Assembly: GCA_904063045.1 (NCBI GenBank)
Contig: CAJFCJ010000014.1
Span: 1,981,643 to 2,045,642, forward strand
Source of the DNA: Dimorphilus gyrociliatus
Lineage: Eukaryota; Animalia; Annelida
Direction: 5' to 3'
Length of the DNA: 64,000 nucleotides
Positions 26,172-38,962 of the stretch are shown here, in pieces. The notes under the pieces were generated by a model, which searched no databases, was not told the DNA's origin, and worked only from the letters and a program-made list of their open reading frames with translations. Both the position numbers and the translations under genes were made by a program. The stretch's first letter is position 1. Each line of letters begins with the position of its first letter.

Positions 26172-27055
26172 TCTTCAAAATTTTGTTTTGTGTATTAGAA
26201 TTCTTTTAAATGAAAGAATTCATCAATTAGCACTAAGAAATGCGTTTAATAATTTCATGCATTAAGATCTTATAAATGATTCTGATAATTTAAATGAAAA
26301 GTGATTTTGTTATAAAGTGCTTTTTTTGTTATTTTGTTAGAACCCGTTGTATGTTTTATTTAAGTTTGATGTTTTAAGTTTAATAAATTGCTTATATCAA
26401 TCTCTGACTTTTTCTTATACGAATTGGAATGATAGTAGTAAAATTTTTAGGAGAAACGTAAAACGAATCGATAGCATAGTTTCTTAATTAAAAATTTAAG
26501 ACGGGAATAGGTTGTTTGATCTATTGAAACTTCAGAAAAGTCTGCAACAATATGTTAAAACTATATTTATCACTAAAAAGCTATTGTTTTTCTTTAGAGA
26601 TATTACAAAAGATATTATTTTTAGTTTCTTTTTCATTTATAGCTGTTAGGTAGAAACCTAGTGACATTATGTTTATCACGTTCTTTTCAATTTTAAACAA
26701 CATATACGGAATACATTTATTCCGTTAACTAACCTTAGCATTTTCGGAAGTAATAGAAAAGAGAAATAGAGAAAGAGAGTAAGATAACGACGTTGGGGCT
26801 AGAGGAAACTGGGGAAGAAAAAAAGAAAACTCCTATAATAAAAGTTATAAAAATTTATAGGTCAAAAGTTAAATTTACTGATAATTTTTTCCAATTTCTT
26901 CTTTGTCTTTTTTGCGATGCAATATAAATTAAAAGTATTCAGACTGTTCTATTAAAACTTATACATAAATAGGAACATTTATTTACAGTATACTAACAAC
27001 GATCCACAACAACGTGTTCTATTTACTAAAAAAATCATTTATGACAATAGTTTGA

Positions 27056-28018
27056 TCATTTTTCACTAATAAATGTCTCAACAGTGTTATTATTTTGAGA
27101 GTTTACCCCCGTAATATTCATAATTGACTCGTAAGACGGGGGTAGTAAATCATCGTGTTGTCCAAATAATGGAGGATTTCCATCTCCATTCGATAGCGAA
27201 TACGAAGGAGGAGATCTAGAATCCGATAATTGCGAGGAATTCATGTACCTAATAAAATGAATTATCTATTAATTTTAATAGAAAATTTTATAGCGAAAAT
27301 ACCTTATATTTTGTGATATTGTATTAAGAATTTCCAAGTGGTTTTGGGGGCCTATCTGTAAGTTATCGGATGTAGCAGGCCTTTGATTTTCGTGATCCGA
27401 TTTAGGAGATAAGACTAAATAAAAAGAGATTATAAACAAACACATATATATTGTGATATAAAAAAACTAACGTATACTCATTAAAAAGCATACATTAAAG
27501 AACATTGTAATTCCTATAATAATAAAGTATTTCTTAAATGTTGGTCTTTCACAGTCTAATTTGCAGAATTTATACAAATTAAGAGATGTTTCCATTGTTG
27601 TTATGTATCTAAGGATGATACAAAGAGCATAAATATGGCTAAGAAATTCAAAAAATCCCAGAAGAAATGCAACAGATAATGAGCATTTGCTTATTCTTGC
27701 GCAAGAACATATGCATATACCAGGGAAAATAGAACATATGGATAGAATTAGAATTACTATAGACCAACTTTCTGCTATTCCAGCATATCTCCTTTTAAAA
27801 GAATAAAAGAGATAATTTATATTTTACATACTTAACAATATACATGCTTACAATTGATATTTAGTTATGATACAACTTTTTTCCAACACTCCTTCATATT
27901 CGATTCCTTTAATAAAGTCTTCTCTAGAATATTGAATATGCCATATTGGACCCAACAGTAGAATAGGAAATGATAAAAATATAAGAATAACAAATACTAT
28001 TAGAGTAAAAATATCCAT
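27056..28018 (-). CDS. Orphan 4TM protein with two PPSY motifs, member 11
   Basis: Exon 1 has GPIWHIQYSREDF...KSCIITKYQ. Exon 2 (about 27478-27790, absent from the ORF track) has three TMs and KFCK. Phases 2,1,2; the tail contains SPPSY and LPPSYE. Confidence 0.8.
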
Positions 28019-30141
28019 TTCTCAAAAAATCGTATATTTTTAAATACTGTCGATAGATATGAATATTAATATTTCTAATAAAGAAGAGTTGAAAATTTTC
28101 TTTTATTCATTAAATACAACGTTTAAAATATTGAAAATCATTACATAATTATTAAAAGTCTTAATCCAAGTAGTCAATAGTATCGCCTTGATGCTTTACC
28201 GATTACCAAGAAGCTTCTTTTAAAAATATTATTCCAACATTGAATGATGTCCACAAAAGTATTATATTAGTCTAATGTATTGAAGAGTTTATGTAATATT
28301 TTTGGTTTTGGTGGGAGACGCCTGAAACTACAAAAAAAAAAAACTCTAAATGAACTAAATTAATTAATGAGGCAGAAAAAGATGAGAAAATCAGGCATGT
28401 TACTTTTCATCCAAATAACCTAAATTATACATTTCTAAAGAATGGTACACTTTGAGTAACTAATCAACTGTTAGTTTTGTTACTAAAATAAACCAAATAT
28501 AATAATAAAAAACTATTGATTAACAGGTGGTACTAAGACAAAAGTGGCTACAAACATCACACTATAGCTGTAATATATTTTACGATAAACAGCTTGTAAT
28601 ACTGTGAATATTTTTAAAAATCAATTTAAACTAATAAGTTTAAATAATGGCTAAGATTGGAAGAGACAAGTCACATGATATCTTCAAAAGATTTATATAT
28701 GGAAATGGTTTTGCATAACATGTACCTTTAAATTATTCAATTCTAAAATTGATAGAATTGTATTCATATGTATATGAATATAAAGGGATAATAGTGAAAA
28801 CTTTTCAATTTTTAAATAGTAGTTTCCGCAATTTTTAAAAGTGGAGATAAAAATTTACTTGTAACATAGTGTACGAGTATCATGACTTGTTATCTTAATA
28901 TCTTAATCTTCCCTAGTAATAGAAAGTTACTGCAAAAAGGTTAGATATAAGTGTGAATCTAAATGGCAAGAAAAAGAACCATAAGGTTGCAATATGCCAA
29001 CATATAAGATCTAGGAGAGAAAGAGGGAGAGAGATATTCTATACTGAATACACTTACCTTTCATCGACAAGTCAACAATCAGTGTTGAAATAGAATTCCA
29101 TTAGATTTTAAAGAGCATAGGATAAAATTTAACAATTAGGGAATTTCTTTTTATTTCCTACATAGACTTGCCCTTGTCAAGAATTATCTATCATGACTTA
29201 ATTAAAGGATTATAAATAATTAGTCAAGTGGCAAAGCAGAATGCAAAGTTATAATATAAGGTCGAACAGTTGTCAGGGTCAAATAGATTTAATTTTACTT
29301 TCGCTTCGTATCATTGTTCAGAATGTAAAAACATCAACTTTAATTGAACATTTTAACTTCTTTTCAACAATAAAAATTGAAATAGTTTTTAAAGTTTTGC
29401 TTGAAAAATGGCTTGAAAAATGTTTTTACGTTTTCAATTATAGAAAATGGAAGGAAGAGAAAAAGCGCTGCGTTGACAAAAAGAAATATCTTCAATGTCC
29501 TTTCCGAAAAAGGCAAGCCGTTGATATATATGAAGGTTAAATTCAGTATCACCATATGATGGCATTCATTTAATTGGACTAATCAATACATTTGTAAGAG
29601 TCTAGAGGTGAGAGCCTCTAAACAGTCTAGGCAATTTTCGTTTAATTACTTTACATAAAAATGAGCAACCAAATCAATTCGATAGCCTTGAACGACTAAA
29701 ATAAATTTATAAAATATCTATTCATTTACAGGTCACAAAACGCACATATGCCATTATATATCAAAAACATTCAAGCAATTAAATGACTGTCTGGACTATT
29801 AGAATTGATTAAACTAGGTTAAATAAAAAATAACAAAATTACATTACTAATAAGTGTACTAGTTAAAGAAATATAACGTGTTGTTTATGTAATTTTTAAA
29901 AGATCAAATTGAAAGACTAATGAAAAAATATGTTCAATTAGATATATATTTATTTAATATCATTCAAAAAATAGTAAGAATTTGTCTATTTTCTAAATAT
30001 TTAAAATCATTATTAAAAATTTTATGACATTCTTTTGATTCACAGCACACTATGACAAAATACAATTTAAAGTGATGTATATATATATATACAGCTATTA
30101 AATTTAAAAAAAGAATGCTTTAATCAGAAGAGATTTCATTA

Positions 30142-31106
30142 TTAATTTCCATCGTTGTTTACAAGACTGTAAGGAGGAGGTGGACCAAATTTTTCTTTTT
30201 CAATATCCTTAAATAAAAATACAAATAATAAAAATTTGAATTATTTTTAATAATTTTAATTTCTTACATTTTCAAATAGTAGAACATCAACTGATGAAAA
30301 GTCTTTAGTTTTTCCTTCCTCCGTGTCTATTATATTGGTAATTTTTTTAGAATCTCTTTTATCTATTTAGAAAATAATGTAAAAATTAGAAAATAATTTA
30401 ATAAAGTTATTGAAAACAATTACTTACAATAAATTTTAAAATAAAGTAAAGATGTGACCAATAGGGCTATAGTTACAGCTAAAAGTGCGATTACATAATC
30501 CCTGTTCAATAATAAAAAAAGTTAATTATATATATATATGTATATATATAGATACTGTATAATAAAAATATGTAAAACCTTAAGTTGTATCTGCCGAATA
30601 AACAAAGCTGCCAGTCACCAAAGTATTTACAAGCTAAAAGACTCAGTATAATACCAATGAACAATACTGCTGAAACCATGGTATAGCAAAGACATATTCT
30701 GCCAAACGGTTTTTGCCTTGTTTTAGACAAATAGATAACAAATACGACATCAATTGGAATGAGAAAGAAAATCGCATATTTAATATAAACTGAAATAGTT
30801 CTGTAAATAAAAACAAAAAAGAAAGTATATTAATTCAATTTCGCAATATTTAGATTTTATATAACTATATTACCTGTCATGAATTTTTTTCCCCATAATA
30901 CAGAATTTATTTGATTTTAAAATATTATTCATACAAGAACTGATTGTTGAATTAACTGTATCAGTTTGTCTTTGTAGCAAAAATTCCTCCACATTATTAT
31001 AATCTGTTATTTTTATTTCATAGAAAAATGGCGATAGCAAAACTACACAAATTAACAGGGAACAGATGACAAAGCCATTCTTAATTCGACTATCAGATTT
31101 GGACAT
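30142..31106 (-). CDS. Orphan 4TM protein with PPPPY tail, member 12
   Basis: Five exons, phases 2,2,1,0. KFCIMGKKIHDR| and QLCL; the terminal exon encodes DIEKEKFGPPPPYSLVNNDGN. Confidence 0.8.
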
Positions 31107-31533
31107 GTTTAATAAAAATATCTTTCTTCTAAAATATTGAAATCTTTATAAAATTTCACTTGTGCTGATCTGATGTCAAGTGAATTAAATGAAATGCTGT
31201 AATGTAATGACGTCAGAGAATATTAGCTATTGAAATGAGTTCTTGTTGAAACAGTGTCCATAACTCACAGAGTACATAGTCCTCTACAGTTTATTTCTAC
31301 ATAAAACACGTGGACTACAGTTTTGCATATCGTATAAGAAATTTATTTTATTGATTAAATTCTTTCAACAGTCTGTAATAGCAAATAATAATAAAACGAA
31401 TAAAAATGAAGAAAAACCCTTTATTATATATTTATGCACAACTCTACTATCCGTTAACATAATTATAAACTTTCACCCAAAATAATTAATATGTTATTAA
31501 AAATATTATATATTAATAAGTATAGTAACCTAA

Positions 31534-32313
31534 TTAGGAGTGTATTACATTACTTAAGACTATTTGATTCCTACGAAGATGATAACTTTCGTATCTTCTA
31601 CCTAATTTAAAAAAAATGTTTTTCATTCAGTTTTCTTATAATTAATTAAGTAATTAATTACCATAATATTTAGAACAAATAGTAATATTAATAACAAGAG
31701 ATGCTATACCAACCAGACAACCTAGTAGATATCGTCTAAAAGATATTTTATATGATATTTATAGAGTTTTCAAAAAGTTTAAAAAGTTCAACCTTTCTGG
31801 TTTTCCATCAAGGAAACATGGTTTCCAAAACGTTTCAAATAAATTGGAAGATATAACTAACCAGAAAATGAATATTATCGAATGAAATATAAATAAAAGT
31901 ATAAAATTAATAGTTTGTAGCAATTGAAACTTCTTTGCCTTTAATAACAAACATAAAAGATTGATATCTAGCATTATGCAAATGATGATTGTCAGAAAGT
32001 TAGCTTTAAGAGATAATTGCCTAAAATATTTTATATTAATAAATATTATTAATATACAGTTTATATTCGAATATTACCTTTGAAAATCTTTTTTAATTAT
32101 GCAAATTTTATACCCAATAAGAAAATTTGTTACGTAATTTTGAAATCCTTGCTTTTGTAGAGATGTATCATTGTTATATCCTTGGAGTTTGTTGTTTTCA
32201 TCAAAATCATACAAAAATGGTAATGGTAACGTAGTAAATGTAATTATAATTACTGATAATAAAACGAATTTTATTCGAAAAACTAATGCAGATACGTGAA
32301 CTGATCCAAACAT
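31534..32313 (-). CDS. Orphan 4TM protein, member 13
   Basis: KICIIKKDFQR| phase 2, KPCF in loop 2, then phase-2 and phase-1 introns as in member 12. The 3' end is uncertain. Confidence 0.7.
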
Positions 32314-32932
32314 TTCTATCCTAAAATTGAATATCATATGATTAGAACTTTTTCATTTAGAAATTTATTCAACAATAAAATCTTTATTCTTAATCTTTTG
32401 AATTCAATTAAATGTTAAAAGAGAGAGAGAGAAAGAAAAATGATCAACAATTAATCAGTTGAACAGAGAGTTCATTATCTTTTTTAATATAGCATGTAGT
32501 CGTTTATTTTTATACAACATACTTCTTGTTCACTTGTTAAATAAGTCTATCTGTTTATTTATTATGAGCGACAAATCAGAATAGGCTCATACCTAGCTAT
32601 AACTTTCTACTTCCTTATTGGATAGACACTTTTTCGTCAAAGTGGTAAATGGACAAGCGTAAAAGTCTTAGTAAATAAATTATATTGTTTAAAGTCGGAA
32701 GAGAAAGAATTTAATTTGCTTACAAAGGTTTCTACAACAATTAATTTTGATAATGATACAAAAGAAAGTGATATTTATTTTTCCATTGCCAATTTCTCGG
32801 CATAATTCGAATTAAAGTTCTGAAAAATGATTTAAAAGATAGAAAAGGTAAAAAAATAACATAATGTAAATTGAAGTTATTTAGTAGATAATCAAAGTTC
32901 ATATCGTTGTTGATATATCTTTCTAACAGTCC

Positions 32933-33948
32933 TTAATTTTCCCTAGATGTACTCGGCTGTTCGCGTGTTTGCCAAGATGAATTAATGGTTGAGAATCTTG
33001 ATTTATAGCTGGGTGGAGGACTTTCACCGTATGGGGGAGGAAAAGGTACACCATTTGAAAGTCTTTGAACATTATCAGCAGCAATCTCAGCGTCATTTAT
33101 AACGGATATTCGTACTTGATTCTTTTGAAAAGGGAAGATAATAAAGCAATTAAGTATATAAAACCATATAGCTAGCTAATAAAAACACACTAACTTCGAT
33201 ATTCCTTAAATTTTGACTGTTACGATGCCTTGATGATCGGCTAACACTTTTAGCACTTTTCAAGACGAATACTGAAAATTATTAATATAATTAGAGTTAA
33301 TTCCTTAAGAATCTTATTAACTATTTTAAAATCTTACAAAATATACAAATAGTTGCTGTAAAAACAAAGTAAAAACACAGCAAAGCTCCATCTAATGCTC
33401 TACAAAATATATATATAATGTGTAATTAAATGACAGATAAAACATAGAATTGATTATATTCCTACCGAAGAACCAAAATAGGACCTGAATTAACTGTTTG
33501 ATTATTCCTCACTAACATCACAATCTCAAAAAATAAACCAATTATAAACCAAAAATGGAAGAAAATATGATGCCACCATTTTTCTTTCTTCTTTTCTATT
33601 ATATATATTGCAGGTATCCATAGAAATAGTATTAGTATCTTGAGCACATACGTAACTACCAAAATGACAATAAAAGGACTGAAAAGATAAGTGAGAAATG
33701 ATGCAGAATTCACAAATATTAGTTTAAAAGATATACAGTATATACACATACATTTTATAAGATATGTCCAAATATTCGAACGGATCAGTTTCTTTTATCA
33801 ATTTACTATTAGATTGTAATGTTTTATCCATTTTTGTAAATTGAGAGAAATTCTCAAAAATAAAATAATTAAACAGAGATAAAAGTATATTCATTATGAG
33901 AATGATTGTAAAATTCAAATATAGACAGATTCTTGCCGATTTTTTCAT
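32933..33948 (-). CDS. Orphan 4TM protein with PPPY and PPSY, member 14 (subfamily C)
   Basis: Five exons, phases 2,2,1,0. TM2 motif YVLKILILFLWIPAIY; tail PFPPPYGESPPPSYKS. Confidence 0.8.
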
Positions 33949-34982
33949 TGTTCTCTAATAAAGATATCAGTATGAGGAGCTAAGTCGTAAATAACTATAT
34001 AGATTTAGAGAAATTGAATTTCTTACTGTTCTTTAAAATCCTTCGCAATTATCCAAAAAAGAAACGTTGAGACAGTAAAATACAAGTTGACAATTATTTT
34101 TACACTAGTATCGTGTACTGCGTGTACACAGTATAAAATTGATATATAGTTTAATTCTATTTTCAGGACATTTGTCATTGAATATACCTAGATGTTCAAT
34201 ATTACCAAATGCTTTTATAAATACCTTTTCTAACCATAGAATATATTATATTTTTATTCAAACTTTCCTTTGAAAGTACTCTTGTAATCGAAGATTTTAG
34301 CCTATAAATTCTTCGTGACTCTTATACATTGGTAATATAGTATATAGAACAATGTAGATCACTTCAATATTCTAACCATGCAGTAGAATAGTTATATACT
34401 TAAATTATATTTTGCAGATTATGAAAAGCAAACTTTTCTTCCAGTTGTTAACATTAAAATCTCAAATTTTAGTTTACTTCTTTAATCTCCAAATATAGTT
34501 AAGCAAGTCTGACCGTTGGATTAATAGTTTTCAATAGAGAAAAATCCATAATATTGTGATATTTCTTTTTGTTTATGACGTTGGAAACTTATAAAATAAT
34601 CGATTAGTAATATTAAAATCATTAGTTTACTATGAATTATTGAGCCTTTGTGTCTATTTATATTTTATATATAAAAATTTTAAATAATTTTGTCCAAAGA
34701 TATAAATATTAGGTGTTTAAATTACCAAAAATAATTAACTTGAACATGTAGAAAAAGACTTTCTTCCTCTTTCAAAACAGTATTGTTATTATTTATTACG
34801 ACTGTTATTTATTGTAAAATTGAATATATGCTCTATTTATACGGTATACAGTATATATATTGCATAATGAAGGAATATAGGTACAAATAGACAGTTTCAA
34901 AACGGATTCTATTCATTTTCAATACCAGTAAAAAATTTATAACTTTGCTAACTAAATTTTAGTGATTAACGATATTTGTTTC

Positions 34983-35705
34983 TTATATAGTTGTAGGACA
35001 ACATTTCCTATTAATACAACTGCCAAGATATGCTAAAATAAAGAGATAGGCTTTAATATAAGTTTTTATTGTCTATTTAAAAAACTTACCAAAACATGTA
35101 TAAAGTAATCCAATTAAAACAAAACTTAGCATATATAATAACGGCATAAAACTGCAATATTAATAATATAATTATACTAATAAGGAAGAATTATGCCAAA
35201 AATCTTACCTAATACTTGGTAATGTATAAGCTAACTTAGACTTCTTAGAATGATTATACGTAAAGAATTCAAGGAAAAAATTTAATATTAGTAAAAAATA
35301 TAATAAAGTATGACAGATGGCTTTTTGTCTTTCCTTTAAATCATACAAAGCTGGGATCCATATTATAATAAATAAAATTTTTATAATATAGGTCAATGCT
35401 ATGAACGCAATGAAAAAGCTGAAAATATTTAATGATGAGCGGAATTTACATATTTTATTAATAATAATAAAAATCAATATCACTAACCTTTGAGGAATAA
35501 TGTTCAATTCATGTAAAATATCGTGTGATTTATTCGTAATAATCGATCTATCGTATCCTAAATCTATATATGGTACCACACTACAAATTTCATATAGAAA
35601 AAATTGTAATATAGTTAAAATCGGTATTGTTGTTGAGAAGATGCAAAAATTTATCATTATCAAACAATCTGAAGATATTTTCCTAAATCTAACAATAAGT
35701 TCCAT
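34983..35705 (-). CDS. Orphan 4TM protein, member 15 (subfamily C, short Cys-rich tail)
   Basis: ORF 35205-35705 reads through a 69-nt stopless phase-2 intron. Motif YIIKILFIIIWIPALY; the tail ends GSCINRKCCPTTI. Confidence 0.75.
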
Positions 35706-36047
35706 TTTGCGAAATGTGAAGAAGTCTATTCAACTGGATGATTTGAAAAATCTCATAAAAGTGGAAGTTGGTTGCAAAGATCATTTAGTATTAGACATTA
35801 TACCGTATATATATATACAAATTTATATACTAATATATATATATATATATGTATTCCTTCATTGTTGATGAAGCAATCGGCCGTAGCCTTCTCTACTCGA
35901 TTCAATAAAGAATTCAAATTTTACTACTGTATTAAATTTTTACTATACAAATGTACAATAAATTGGTCTATTTACGTGACGAAACTGAGTTTATTATTAA
36001 CTGTTAGCCATCGTGTTTAAAGAAATAGTTGTTTGGACATTACTTGA

Positions 36048-37329
36048 CTACTTTGAAAGATTAGGTTCGGTGTTCGATGATTCGTTCTGCAGTATTGTTA
36101 CATTTGGCTGCTCTGACATACAAGCAGTATATGAAGGAGGATCCGAATCGTAAAATGTAGCTATTGGCTCATCAAATAAATATTCATCAGCGACAGCGTC
36201 GCTAAATTAACGTGACATACAGAAATTTTAATATATACAAATTCTACTAGTTTCGTATACTAACTCAATATCGGTACAAGTAGTATGAGTATCCATCGTA
36301 TTTCGGGATGAAATTGACAAAGCATTTAAAATGGAAGGTGAATGGATGATATCATTGGATGTAGACGAAGATATCGGCTGATGTAATCTACTACAATGTA
36401 TTGTTAGGTAATTGCTAATATTTAAGAATATTTAATACAAGCTAATATTTTGATTATGCTCCTCTGAATAAATACTAAGAAAATTAGATGACACTACAGA
36501 AATTCCTTGACAGTTGGAGCTCTATTAAAAGTTCAGAAAATGATTAAAAATGAATTAACACTTTTTAAAAAAGTCGATATCTTTTACCCCATTAGTCCTA
36601 TTTATTGTTTGCATTTGACTATTTTCGCTTAGATTGCCTCTTGGCAATTCTGAAGAAAGATTTTTAGATAGAACATCTAAAAAATATTCATTTAATAGAT
36701 TATATCTACAAAATAAGAATAAGAAATTATTAGAATATTTACATCGGAGAGCCTGTGATATATCAATTAAAATATAAAATCCAAGGAATATTCCAGCTGA
36801 AACTCTGAAAGAATATTCAAATTTTTTCGATTAAATCTTTACAGTATCTTTTTTACTGTTAAATACAAACTGAATAACTTTAGGTGAACCAATTAAATTA
36901 GTGGAACCTATTTTCGATAACATTGAACATTCTAAAAGTATATTTAGGATAAATATTAGATGAAAGATAAAATATAATCTATATTTCTTCTTCTCGTTCA
37001 TTTTATAAATAGCTAATAACCATAGAACCACAAAGAAACATTTTAAAATATAGGATATAACAACAATTGTTAAAAAATATCTGAAAATGTTCAAGTATTA
37101 AGTTTATAATATTTCAGTTTAGATATACAAACGTTTCATGAGAGATTCCTAGAACTTTAAAAGGATCAATTTCCGGATATGTTGTTGGCTTGGTTGAATT
37201 ATTTAATATTTTATCATACGGTATATTTGTCATTATTGAAACAGCAAAATATTTAAATGTTGTTATTAATGGAATCGTTAATAAAAATAAAACAAAATTA
37301 ATCCACAATACTATTTTATTAATAGCCAT
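36048..37329 (-). CDS. Orphan 4TM protein with PPSY, member 16 (subfamily C)
   Basis: The DPF motif in loop 1 is shared with member 14; TM2 motif YILKCFFVVLWLLAIY. The terminal exon has DSDPPSYTAC. One internal tail exon could not be phased exactly. Confidence 0.7.
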
Positions 37330-37759
37330 ATAGACGAACTTGCTCCACTTTTGAAGACTTATGTAAAAAGAAGTAATTGACAATAATAATTGTACTTTTG
37401 AATATGTAACAAAAAAACCAGCTTAAGATAGCAAAACAGGCGAATTTTACTAGTACAAATGTAATTTATTTTTATATGTATTGAGCTAGTTTTATAAACT
37501 ATTGGCCTGATGCCTTCGTTTTACGAAACGCTCTTTAACTACCACATTATGAATGAAAAATTTTCCCATTTTTCAATATAGAGACAGCTTGGTTCATTCC
37601 TACTATACAATTAAATGTAATAAAAAACGACATAATAGCAAATAAACCTGTACTATTGAATGAAAAGATGATTTGAGACGAACGAAAGATACGTTGTATG
37701 CATAATTGTTACAAATAGACAAAATATAGTTTAGTATTAGGTAGCAGTTAGATTCTTAG

Positions 37760-38370
37760 TCATTATTATAAATATTTTAGAGCCTTTCGAATCTGAATAA
37801 TGGAGAAACATGTTTAAAAAAATTTCCGCAAACTTTAATTGATGCTTTCACAGAAAACTTTCACAGAGATCTCAAACAATCAATTCAACATAAATTACTT
37901 ACGTAAAGGTGATAGTTTTGGGATTTGTTCAATATATTCTAATGAGCAAACTTTTAGGTAGCAGATCAAGAATGCTACAACTGTTTGATATAAGTTAAAA
38001 ATGTACAAATTGCAGATTGGTTTCATTTTAAGATTATATATCGAACAGTATATTATATCAATGTATTTCAGCACAAATTGATCTAAACTTCAAGACTTCC
38101 ATTCTTAAAGAAAGATACAACTTCAAAGATAACATTTGTAATTGTCATAGTTCAGATTAATTATATATTAAGATTTTCAATCATTTTCAATGTTTACTAA
38201 TTCAGTCAAATTTAAAGTATGTGAACTTTAAATGTACTATTTCATACATTCATTATGATTAATAGTATTTGTTCAAGTTGTTGTCTATAATAAATTAGGT
38301 AAATTCTTCAAATAATCGAATACTATTCTCATTAGTATCAATTTGGAAATAGTGATTACTCTATCAAAAT
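37760..38370 (-). pseudogene. Possible decayed leucine-rich-repeat coding relic
   Basis: Stop-ridden frames contain LRR-like pieces: YLKNLPNLL, LNLTELVNI, LEYIEQIPKLSPL and CLRSL. Confidence 0.25.
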
Positions 38371-38383
38371 ATATGTACTTTAT

Positions 38384-38396
38384 CGCCATCTGCCGG
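38384..38396 (-). promoter_or_regulatory. CTCF-like motif
   Basis: The minus strand reads CCGGCAGATGGCG, close to the CTCF core CC(A/G)(C/G)(C/T)AG(A/G)(T/G)GGC, within AT-rich DNA. Confidence 0.35.
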
Positions 38397-38962
38397 AATT
38401 GCATCGCATTAAAAGATAGAAGAAATGTACAAAGATACTTGTTTATTTAAAATAATAGTAAATAACTAAAAAACAATAAATTGTATTTATTTTACAGAAT
38501 AAACTTTTTTCTATATACAAAAAAAAAACAATTAATTAAAATATTTTTATAAAAAGTATTAAAGTAAGTATTTTATCCATATTGTTATAAAATATTATAA
38601 ATTTAAATAATCTTCAATGTTAGTTGGATGGTGAAAAGTATTTCTAAACAAATGCGATTATATACCAAAGAAATAGAGAGAGAGATAAAGAAAAAAAAAA
38701 GACAAAAACAAAACAGAAATAGACTTCAAATCTTATTATTCTTTAACGAAGAAGATAGTTGAAAATTGAGTTTTTTTATAATTATAAAAATGTTATATTT
38801 AAACATATAAAACTCTACTACTTTCCATTAAGTGAAGAAGTTAAAAAAGAGAAAATTTTGTGGGCAAATAAGAAGTAGACAGACAATGAAAGAAAGATAT
38901 CAATCCAATAAACAAACTCTAAGAGTTTTTTCGTTTCTTTTTCTTCTTTATATTAGAAAATT

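Noticed and set aside
29241-29555. ORFs 29241-29540 (+) and 29364-29555 (-)
   Set aside because: No TM pattern, family motif or consistent exon chain; probably spurious, although a lone exon cannot be excluded.
2811-34030. Spliced-leader trans-splicing or operon organisation inferred from acceptors upstream of ATGs
   Set aside because: Several of these acceptors have a plausible cis donor 60-85 nt upstream, so an ordinary 5'-UTR intron is the simpler explanation.
35500-36020. Plus-strand ORFs 35500-35868 and 35772-36020
   Set aside because: They are antisense to member 15 and run through a TA microsatellite (YIYI repeats), with no recognisable domain.
2881-37329. Assigning the 4TM genes to tetraspanins, claudins or innexins
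   Set aside because: There is no CCG motif, no W-GLW-C-C signature and no innexin YYQW or paired-Cys pattern. Loop sizes also do not fit tetraspanins.
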